Assembly (NCBI GenBank): GCA_018818105.1
Contig: JAHISK010000055.1
Location: 4,781-68,780, forward strand
Origin: Candidatus Omnitrophota bacterium
GTDB lineage: Bacteria; Omnitrophota; Gorgyraeia; Duberdicusellales; 4484-171
Direction: 5' to 3'
DNA length: 64,000 nt
Translations under genes and position numbers: made by a program
Shown here: one piece after another, positions 1 through 12,000 of the stretch
How the letters are laid out: every line of letters starts with the position of its first letter
Numbering within the stretch: position 1 is the stretch's first letter
The notes under the pieces: model-generated
What the model was told of the DNA's origin: nothing
Seen by the model: the letters and a program-made list of their open reading frames with translations, nothing else
The model's database searches: none

Positions 1-3000
1 TTTCCTCCCTTGCTGTCATCGACATAATCCTGAGCCTGCGCGCTGCCGGCTAACATCCATTTAGCGTCTTGGTCAGGAACAACAATTAAAGCGGAAGGAT
101 TAAACTGTTTTAACGCGTAAGGAAGCGCGTCATAGGGAAGGTTTGCCTTTATCATCGCCTGAGTCGCGGCGTCAAAATGAAAAATCATTTCTTCTGACTT
201 AACGTCATATTCATATTTAGTAACACCTAAAGAATAAATTTTCTTATCGAAATTAACTGAAAGGTTAGCAAAAACAGGATGCGTTCGCATGAACGTTTGC
301 GCGAATTCTTTTTCGTTGGCTAAATTATCTTCGTGAGATTGTCCTAAATAAGCGCCAAACTCATGAATAAAAGAAAGGGATAATTGGAAGGGATTTTCTG
401 TTTCTTTTTCGTTGATAAACCATCCTTTACCGGGGATAAACGCGGAATGTAAATACTCAGACGGTCCCGCTCGTGTTTTACCGCTACGGCTTACATATTC
501 CAAGAAACTACTTACTTCGTTATGAGAATATTTAGTTAACAACCAATCTATCGCTAGCGTAAAATTCTTATTAATCTCATTAAAATCTACGATTTTTAAT
601 GAACTCCATTGGCTTGCCTTAGTATTGGCTTCTTTCTCAGCTACATTAAGCGCGACTCCCGGCATCGCCCGATTATAATCTATTGCCCTACCCATATATC
701 TCGATTCTGAAGCTGAAACATTTTCTATCCATTCTTGGTTCACTTCATAAACATTTTCTATCCATTCTTGGTTCACTTCATAAACATTTTCTATCCATTC
801 TTGGTTCACTTCATAATTATCTAATTCATTCTGCCAATACTCAACTTCTTCTTCCACCACCTCTGTTTCCGGTAAAACATTCCTGATGCCAATATTCTCT
901 TTCCTACTTCTCTCTTCCCTAAACTTATCCCCCATAATATTACGCAACCTGGAATAAATATAGGCCTGCCAATAATTTACCGGCTCAAAAGATACCGCGG
1001 CTTGAGCGTCCAACATAAACTCAACACTATCAATACCCTCATCAGAACAAAATATTATCCGGCCATGGCTGGCGCCAACACCTTTATGGCTATTACTGTT
1101 AAAGACTTCATTTAAATATGGAACTTCTTCCCAATCATTCTTTGAAACATCACTCCTATTACATTTGATTCGTATCAGCCCGCGTTCACTGTTATTCAAT
1201 TTAATATCGCTATCTGTTTTTATCTCATCCTTCAATACCTTAGAAATCAGCATATCCACAGCTATTTTTCTATTACTAGTTTCTAAGTATAATTCTGCTA
1301 CTTCCAAATCCCAAGAAACAGATTCTAGCGCTTCTCCATCTTGAAGAGTAGGTTTATAACTTATAGGATTTTGATGATCTTTATATACAAGAAAACCATC
1401 CTGACCCAATGAAAAAGATAATCGTCCTAAATATTTTTCGTCATCATAATATATTTTATAACACGCTACGCCTAAATCACAATCAACCTGCATAACTCCT
1501 ATGACATTTCTCCTATTATCCGCCTCAACATCAACGTCATCCTCCGCATCCTCTAAAGGTTTTCTTATCACACTACTGGCGCCTAAATTTATAATTATAT
1601 CCTCTGTATTAGTATATCCATAAACTTTTGCCCCAACGACAACCACATTTATTAACTCATCCCCATTGGAAACATTATACCTCTGAGGCGATGACATATA
1701 TTTCTCAATCTCAATCCATCCGTCTGGGCCTAGCTTATAATTAACATCCGCGTATACTCCTTTCTGGGAAATCATCTCCGAACATACACCAGACATATCC
1801 CGATTATCATAATCTGCCAACTTTACAGCTTCTCCCGGCCCCGCTTCGGCGCTACCAACAAAACTAAAAGCCCAATTAATAATACTCGCGATCTTCCCTA
1901 ATACCGAATTGGCCTTAGATTGTTTTTCCTCTTTCTCTCCAGCAAACACGCCTAACTTATAAAGCGCTTCTTCCTGAGAAACGACTCTAACCGCGTTACA
2001 CTTAACGCTGTTCCACATATTATCGTTATCACCATCTACCCTCATAAAATCTTCGGCTGTCCGTCCTTTTCTCTGGCTTAACATACTCATCGCGGCAGAA
2101 GGCCCATTATAAAAAGCATACGTCCAGAAATCTCTCTCTATCGCTGACATCCTTGAAACTTGCCCTTTACCTAAAATACGCTCAGCGTTTTTAACAAACT
2201 TCTCTCCTCTATAAACTAAAAACGCCGCTAAAATATCCAACGCTTCCTGCCCTGTCTTAAACTGCGACCCAGGTATATCTTTTGTGACCTGAACATCCTT
2301 ATCCAATAATCCTACAGCTTTAACTTCCCCTAACTCAACTTGAATGCTATCCAACCAATGATGCATACCGATCATATCGCTAATTTCGGCCCAATATTCG
2401 TTTTTATCGGCGAACTTATAATATCCTTTGGTATTCATACGCAGCCCAAACCCTTCACCTATCGCCGCTGAATAAAGAAACGCCGGCGATATTCTAGTCT
2501 CAAACCCTAACTTCTGAGATCTCTCATTAATTTTATCAGCGGCGTTAATAACCCATTGCGCCACGGCAAGTTCTTTAGGAGAATCTATCCATCCAAAAAT
2601 CTTTCTTACGCGATAATTATAAGAATCGCCTAACTCTTCATATATACGGCTGACTACTAAAGGACTATTTTCTGACAAACAAACCAGCACAGATTCAATA
2701 TTATTCAACAACGTAATTCTTTGCCCTCTTGAGACAATTTCTCGCGCGCTTATAACACCTTTACTTAATAACGTTTTTTTCCAGTCACTAACATTTTGTT
2801 TGTAAACTTTTAATAATTTCGCGACTGCTTCTTCACTCAACTGCTTAGCCAACTCCGGCCTAGCCTCAACTGTTCGCGCTAAAGATAAATATACTTGGTT
2901 GCTGCCATCTTCTAATACAGCTCTGTCGAGAAGACTAATCACCTGATCTTGACCATGTTTATCTATTAAATTATTCACGTCGGCGTTATCGTTTCTGTAC

Positions 3001-6000
3001 TCTTCGAATTCTTTCAATAATCCCTCTATTGTAGGTATGCCGACTTTTTCATCTCCCTGTTTTAAAAAGACTACTTTTTCAATATTAACCTGACAATCCA
3101 AATCTTCAATCATTGCTTTCCTTCCCTCTTCAATACCTAAATAAGCGCCTCTTGATAAAGAGTCATCGCCAATACCTAACCCAATATGGACTACCCGAGA
3201 TTTATCAAAATCAAACAAGCGATAGATATCTAATTTCTTAAGATCAAAAACAAAACAATCACCTTCCAACTCCCCCTTAACACTGGCAGCAACAATATCA
3301 AACCTATTCCACTTATCATCAAAAAACATAAGCCGCGCGCGAGGAATGCCTAACTTATCCTTTTCGCTATTAAACTTAACATACACTTTCACGAATTCAT
3401 CACCTGATATATCAATAGGGCTCTTTAACGACATCACGACACTTGCCCACCCTAAAGATTCTCTACCTAAAGTTATAGGAAATACATTTTCAGATACTTT
3501 TTCTTTTGCTGACCCATAAAATCCTACGTGGTTAATATCTTCAGAGGAAATCATTCTTTGTTTCTTATCTTTTCCTTTAAATAAACCTGCCGCTACACTA
3601 CTAATAAAACATGTCGGCATCCTATCTTTAAAGGAATCCCATAAAACGCCTACGGTACAATCGCCTGAATCATCTTTTACTGGCTGATTGGGCAATGAAA
3701 CGCCCCCCTTCTCCCTTATTGATACATACTGACTTTTCCATACCGCAAAAGATTTCTCTTCGATTTTTAATCGTTCATCAACACCGGCTATCATTGATTC
3801 TATTTCCGACAGCCACTCAGAAGGAACTTCCTTTTTTCTTCTCTCAAGCCTTGACTTTAATTGTCTTAAATTATTACAATTCTGCCCAAACGATAACTGC
3901 TCCATATACGCCCGCCGCAAAGCCGAATTACCAATATATTTATCTTCCATCACTCTATCTTTAATAGCAAACCATACGTTGCCGCCAAACTCATGACCTA
4001 AAGCGGACATTAAATATTCGAATTTATCTTCAGCGAAAATTGATTGATCCAGTAAAACAATAATTAATTTACCCTTAACATCTCGCCCTTGACCTAACCG
4101 CGCTCCCCCTATAGTCAAAGCGTCTATATACTCATAAGAAACTCCCGGATCTAAAATTCTCATCACTTCTTTCATATCGCAAGCAAGAAAAGTTATTTTG
4201 GCCTTAGCATCGATCGCTTCTTTAAGTGTATTGCCGGAAATATCCTCGACGTCTTCTACTCCATTTGTATTTTTTATATTTTCTCCAGCAATTTCATCCC
4301 ATATCGCGAAAGCTTCATGAAGACTGCTTTTTTCCGGCCCAGATAAATCTCTCGTAATTTTTAATACTTCTTGCAACTGAGTAAGTTCAAAAGAGTTGAC
4401 AACTTTACTTTCCGGCTGAGCATGAGTTGAAAAATAAAAACTTCCGGACTCAACCTTATTTGGGGAGGTTGGAATGGTGAGCCCGGAAATATTAATCGGC
4501 TTTCTGCTGTCTGCTGTCTGCTCTCTGCTGCTATTATTCGTATTTATTTCTTGCTGAGAGCTGATAGCTGACGACTGACAGCTATTATTACTAACTCCAG
4601 ACCCGTCCCCATAACGAGTACCACTTGGGAAAGTGGTAGATGTACCGTTACCAAAGGTAACGGGCCCGGAAATATTTCCATTATTACCTGTCTGTATATC
4701 TGAAACCTGATTATCTATTAAACCTTGTTCCAAACCCGCAGTGGAACATAGGTCAGTGGAACATGGGTTTGCGAGAATATTAGGCCACCCGTACCCGCCG
4801 CCCATATTCCCTGAATAATCATACACTCTTGACAAATCTAAAATAACATGGTACACTTGTGGCAATAACAAAAAGGAGAGTAAATTATGACCGTTATAGC
4901 CCTTCCCAAAATCCTTCGTGAGAAACTCACCGATGCCGGAGCCGATGCTTTCGTTGAAATCCTCGATAAGGTTGAAGAACGCAACCAAAAAGTTACGTTG
5001 GAAATCGCTGAGGAGCGGTTTGAAAGACGGATCGCAGATTTGAGAACTGAAATTGCCGGGACCAAAGCTGAACTTATCAAATGGATGTTCATCTTTTGGA
5101 TTGGGCAGATTGGCGTTACTACGGCTATTTTTTTCACCTTCCTTAAACGGATCTGAATTCATCTTATCCTCGCCGGAAATCATCCATTCTAACGCCGCCA
5201 AACTCTCTAATTTCAATATTTTGTTCGTTATCTCTTTGTCATATCCCGCTAAAAACGCCATCCGCACTTCTCTTGCTTCAAGATGAGGTTTTCCAGTTTT
5301 TTCCAAATACTCCTCCAAAATCACCGCCGCTAAAACAACCGGCAGTTCTTCGCCTGAAAAATTCTGCTTTAAATATTCAACTACCGCCGGCGAACAACAG
5401 ATAATTAATTTATCCGGCTGAGAAGAATCATCTACGCGGTTAATAAATAGCTGAACCCCAGCAACGGTGCCGTATCTGAATTCTATATCTTCAGGAACCA
5501 AACCATACTTAGTTAACAATCCAACCGCTTTCTCTTTATTATTATTAAATTCCGTGATAGGATCACCCGACGTAACTTCCCAATTAACCCTGAAAAAGCT
5601 GTTGTCTTTTTTATAAAAACAATCTATCGGCCAATACAGAATACTGCTAATCTCATCGGGAGAAACCATCAGATAAGAAACAGGACTGTATATCCGCTCA
5701 ATAATATTCATCTCTTTATATGCCTTGGGAACAGACAGCATAAAACCATTGAGCCTCAAACGATAAGTAATAAGAAGCTGCCTTAAAAAGTCTCCAAATT
5801 TCATATTGGGATATCCCCTGACAATATCTACAGCGGAATCAGAAAAAGTATTTTCATCTATAGGATGACTTTCTATCCATTCGAGCTGGGCAAAAGCTGT
5901 TTCATATTTTCCCGTAACCATAGAATTTCCCTCTTTCGCCACACTATACATTCCATACAAAGAGACTTTCTCCCAAGCTTCTATGATAATTTGATTTTCG

Positions 6001-9000
6001 ATTAATTTAAAAATGTTTAAATTGTGAATAACTTGCCTAGCTACTCTCTCTGCGACAAATTCATGAATAGCATCATCCACATGACAAGAAATAAATGAGT
6101 GGGCCTGCTCATGGCTCAATAAAGCGATAAAAATACCCTTTGATAACTCGTCATATTCCTCGATAGACAAACCTGCCTCAACAGCAAATTTTTGCATAAA
6201 ATTAATATATACTTGTATTGCGCCAATGCCCATTTCAAAAAGATGATTTATCTCATAAGAATCACTAAAATGAGAAAATAATAATATTCTATCTACCAAC
6301 GCCGTATATTCTTCTTTACTAAAACGAAAAGTTAAATTCTGATAAAATAATAAGACGGCTAATTGATAAATCTTATATTCTTTTTCTGCGAAAGGACTTT
6401 TTATTAAATTATCTAAACTTGGCATATGGCTTAATATCTCCTGAGCTTTATCTAATCCGGGTATTCCTAAATTATCAAAAATATTGTCTATATCCATCAG
6501 GTAAGCATAACATTCCTCTATTCCTTTTATATCCGCCGCTATATCTCTAATTATTTGTCTATCTTTCTCAACTTCCGCGTAGAAAATGTTAATAAACGCG
6601 CCAAACCCATATTTCTCAATAACATTAAGCACTCTTTTCTTTCCAAAGGGATATCTCTCAAATAATTCCTCAAACTTATCCCTAAATTTGTCAAAATCGA
6701 GCAAAACTACAATATATGTCTTAACATCTTTTTCCCACGCGCTATCCACAATATCTCTACCTAAAATTTTCTCTAAAGAACCTATAGCGCTACCTGCCGT
6801 TTCCAAAAATTCATCAACAAACTTCATTAAATCCACGCCAATAATTTCAACTACCTGAGCAAAGTTTTCCAAAAACACACAAGCCTTATCTAAATCCTTG
6901 AATAACTCTACTAATAAACCAAATCTATTTACCCCTATTTGCTTAATTAAACTTGCTGGAATCTTCTTATCTGAAGTTTCTATCCACGGCAACCTGATTT
7001 CTGGCGGCACTATCCCCCTGGGGCCATTTCTGACATTCCCATATTTTGCTAAATATTCTCCAATAGAATTAGGACTTCTGACATCTGACATATATTTTAC
7101 AATATATAATTTACCATCTATATCAATTGCAAAATTTGTTTCCTTTGTTGTTTCAACATAATACTCTATTTTCGACTCATTACTAAAATATTTCCCTCCG
7201 GAAACCTCCATAGCCTTTACAGGCTGCACATCTTCTCCAAAAGAATTACTTAAAACCAAAGTAACGACCCCATTGGAATCCACCCCTAACACAGCGTATA
7301 TCGGCATTAAAACAACATTGGGGTTCATACTTAAATAATCCCTCATCGCTTTACTTACAACAACAAATAAATCTTCTCCTTTTACAGGAGCAGATTCAAA
7401 TTTTAAAACATTGGCTATTATATAGGAAAGGAAAGATATTCTATTAACCGCATTTGAGGATACGATATTATCATTTTCATGGGAAGGAAGAATAAAAACA
7501 TTGGCAAATTCTCTACTCTGTTGACTATCAACTTTTGTACATAGACTATTCCCCGGAGGTCCATTAATAAATAAACCTGCCATTATTTTTTGTAATTTTT
7601 CATAAACAATATCTAAATTATCAATTAATACCTTTTGGTTCTCTGAATACACCTTATCTAATAAAACAAAAATAACCGGATTACCTCCCACTCCTTTTAT
7701 CGTTTCACCATTCACTGCTATCGCTGGTAAATTTTGAGGAATCCGCGAAACAGCCGCTCCACCTAACAACGCCACTACTACTATTTTATCTTGAATAAAA
7801 GGGATTTTCTTACTTCCAACACTACCATCCACCGAATTAGCGGCTACATCATCTTGATCTGCTTCTAAGTTCCCTGCTCCTTCAACACTTAAAACACCCT
7901 TACTTATTGAATCAACAAATTTAGCTAACTTCCCAGGGTTTTCCGTTTGAAAACCACTAATTGCTATTGTCTTACCATTACAGCTAACATCATTAGTACC
8001 TTGTGGAAATTCCAGGCTCCCGGCCCATATAATAAGGGGCTTATTATTGGGGTTTTCTTGGGGTTTTGAGCTTAAGAGCCCGGAATTATCACAAGAATCA
8101 TCTAACTTATTTAAAAAACAAATAATCGCGCAAACTGCCTTATTAATCATCTGATTATTATCCGTAGATACCATTGCTTTTACTAACTCTTGCGCTAACA
8201 TCGTCGACATTATCTCATTCTCATTTTCACTGCTATTTTTTTCATCTTTATTTTCCGTTTTATTCGACGTGTTTTTCCCAACTAAATTTTCTTTAGATGA
8301 ATCACCATTCCTATCCTTAGAAGAATAATCTGAATAAACACTTTCGCGAAAAGAAGATCCCGCTAATAGTTTATAGAATCTCCCCATTTTTTCACCAAAA
8401 ATAACCAAAGAACATATCGACTGACCTTTATCATTCTCAATAACTGTATTCACATCAAACTTATAATCTCCTTTACGGCTCAATAATACAGCATTTAAAA
8501 CTCTTTTTAAAATTTTAAGATCTTCTTTTTTATCATTCTTCGGAACATTAACTGAAACTGTTTTTGCTTTTTCTTGTTTAACAGAGTCCGTTGTTTCAAC
8601 CTCATCAAAACCATCAACAATTTTATTCGTATCATTTACTAACTGTTCAAAATCATCAATTAATTCATCCCCATCAGAAACACTATATCCAATCATCATA
8701 TTAATATTCTGTACCGCTATTTCTACTAAATAGCCCACAACTATATCTCCAAATGAACCCTGATCTACCACCTGACTAACATGGTAAGTAATTTCTGAAT
8801 CCTGGCCGCCAAAAATACTATCAATATAAGCGACTATACTTTCTAAATAAGTATCACCATTAACTCCCTCTAATTTATTTAAATTATTTATCGCCCAATT
8901 TGTTATATCTCCAATATCGCTACTATCATTAATAGAAGGCAAATCACTCTCTATGCTATTTGGACCTATTACTTGAGTTGTGCCCCTCATTTTCGACGGT

Positions 9001-12000
9001 AAAAAATTAACAACCGGTATCAACAACGGTATTTCTACCCTCGCATCAGATTCTTCATCATTTTCATTATACCCCTTCTGAGGGTTACCATTTAGCAATT
9101 CGTTTATTCTATTATCCGGATCATCCTCTTTATCATTAACCCCATCATCTATTTTTCTTCCTCTTACATTTGCCATAGCCTCCTCATCAAGGTTTTCCGC
9201 TTTACCTCTAACCGCAATTTCTTTATCCTTACTTATTAACGCGTTACCTGTCCAAAGTTCTAAAAACTTATCAAACTCAACTATTTTAGTTTTTCCGTTA
9301 TCTAAATATATAACGTTGCCTTCACTATCTACCCCTAAAAAAGTCACAAAGTGATCATCAAAATGAGCGATAAACGGCCCAATTTCTACTAAGACAGCTA
9401 ATAACTCTTGTTTTTGTTCCGTGGTAAGATTTTCTGTATTAAACTTTTTGCCGGAAAGGTCTATTCCCAACTCTTTAGCGGCGTTAAACATGCCTAACAT
9501 AGATATAGAAAACGACACTTGGCCATCTTCACCAACAACCTCTTCTGTAAACTCTAAAAGTAAATCAACTAAAACAGCCGGTAATTGGTCAGCGCTAACG
9601 CCTAAATCGCCGCCATTAATAATAAGGAAAGCGGATAAGGCGTTTACAGCGCAGTTATATCTCTTATCACCGACTTCGATTTTAAGCGTACGGCTAAGTT
9701 TTATATAATCCAACTGCGCGGCAATTGCTTGCGATTCTGTAGGTTGAGATTCATGAATGAAAAGTAAAACTATAAACTCATCTATTTCTTCCCGCTTATA
9801 TCCCGCGGCGTCAAGAACTTCTCGAATTTGTGACATATCTATATTAAAAACAATACGCCCCTCTTCTGTACGATAAAACGGAGGCGAGTTATTGCTAAGC
9901 CCTGTGTTATAATAATACTCTTCTAACGCCGCCAGCATTGTGCACCAATCTAATAATACTACCTTTGATTCATAATCCGGGTCATCTATCGCCACTATCC
10001 CAATTTGGTCTCTTATCTTTTGCGAATCAGCTAAATGCGCGATTGCCCCCTCTTCTTCAGGTATAAAAGCCACATTATCCGGTACGGGAACTGTTAAATC
10101 CGTATCTTTAGGCAGACGCGGATTAGAATCTTTATCAAACATAGCCGCGACCAATTCCCCTCCTTTACTTAATCCCGCGACAACCGCGGTTAACGGAGAA
10201 AGTATACGCATTAACAACGACGCTTTATACGCTGGGCCATAATTAATGTAATCGCCAGCCGCCTGCATTTGTACAGAAGTAAATACACCCATGCCCTGTT
10301 TATACCCTGTTACTACTTCTAAATGCTTATAAAACAATCCTTCCCATATATCTAAAATCTCTTCTTTATCAAAAATACCTTCAGCAGATAATTTATCGTT
10401 TAACTCAGCCGGTCCGCTAAATTTGTTCCATCTACCTGCACCTTGACTGCTGTCTGAAGCGTCTAAAACAATCACGCCGCAAGCGCAAAGCTGTTCCCAC
10501 TGACCTCTTTTGATAAAATAATCCCTGGAAACAAACATGTTTTCCGTAACAACGTCAGCTATAGTTTTTAAAGTAACTATACCTAAAATACTTTTCAGCC
10601 GCGGATTACTCTTAATATTTTTATTAACTAATTGTTTAAGCTCGTTTGAAGCAGCCGCAATTCTTTCCTGGCTTTCAGGGGAAATACCGCCGGAAACCAA
10701 TGAACTCGAAAACTCGGTCTTAATCACAAAAGAATAATATAATATCGCGAAGTAAGGCGCGATCTTTTCTCTAATATCATAACTAAGTTCTGGGAACAAC
10801 TTCTCATCGCCTAAAGCAGTGGCCAAATTAAAATGTTTACCGTCTCTCTCTGCTATCTGCCCTAATACCCCTACATAATTTTCAATATCACTTACCGCCA
10901 CAGTAGACACTCCTAACTCGCATAATTTATAAGCTATATCGGAAAACACATCCTGATATCCCTGATAAATACCTGTCATATTAGTTCCAAACTCTCTATT
11001 CTCAGGATATACGTCTGAATCCATCATATAAGCAACCACGCTTTGCCCCCAGGCGCTATACAGCTGCCGCGGTTCATATTCTTCTTCCGCCCTCTTATCC
11101 ATATCGATAGAATATTCAGGAATTGTCCTGCCAAACTGGCGAAGAACATCTCTCATCTGCGGAGTAATACCAGGAAATACTTCATTCACTGTCTTAATAA
11201 CTGGCTGCCCGCGATCATTCAAATCAACATAACAGGCATATTCAGTTTTATCAAAAATAATTGGCATTCCCCGCGGCGCGGGTTTTGCCAGAGCACCGGC
11301 GACATCAGTTTGAGATTGACTAACCGTCTCCGTAACTGAAATAGCCGACTTTAACCTCTCAACATCAGGCCGAGGTTCAACTATAGCAAACTCGCTTATA
11401 TCTCTTCCAAAAAAGACGTATGTCTTAATTGAACTATTTCTGGTATTCATCAACACGAAATCATCCGCGGCGGCAACTTTATCAATGACAATGATCTCAC
11501 CAAAACTAAACCTTACTTCTTCTTTACCGTCAATAGTCACTGTCTTCTTTAAAACTTCTCTAACTTCTAAATTACCCCTGCTGGTTTCACCGGTAACCTG
11601 CCACATTCTTGATACACTTAAATCCCCAGGATACTTACTGTATCCATAGGCAGCGTTAGATATAAGGCTTCCTATATTAATATTCTTTTCTAAATTCAAC
11701 TCGGGTCTTAAATATCTGCTGACAACAGTGATAATCGGGTTTTCTTCTTCCTGATAAAAATCATAATACCCGCTATCAAAATCAGGATGAGCAATTACAC
11801 CCGCCGGAACCCCTCCTTCCAACACAGCGCTTCCCGGCCCGGTAAGAACTGTCCCATCGCGTAAGGTCATAATAAAATTCATTACCCATCTTCTTAAAGC
11901 ATCAAGCCAATCTTCTCCAAAAAACCCAAAATAACTGCCTGTTCCCCGCTTCTTACTGCCATTCTGAGATAATAATAACCGCGTTGAATCATAATAACTG

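Noticed and set aside
716-816. CRISPR array
   Set aside because: Repeats are contiguous with no spacers, are in frame in a CDS, and no cas genes are present
4838-5137. 99-aa minus-strand ORF as a third overlapping gene
   Set aside because: A different frame from the giant ORF, with no recognisable features; most likely a shadow of the nested gene
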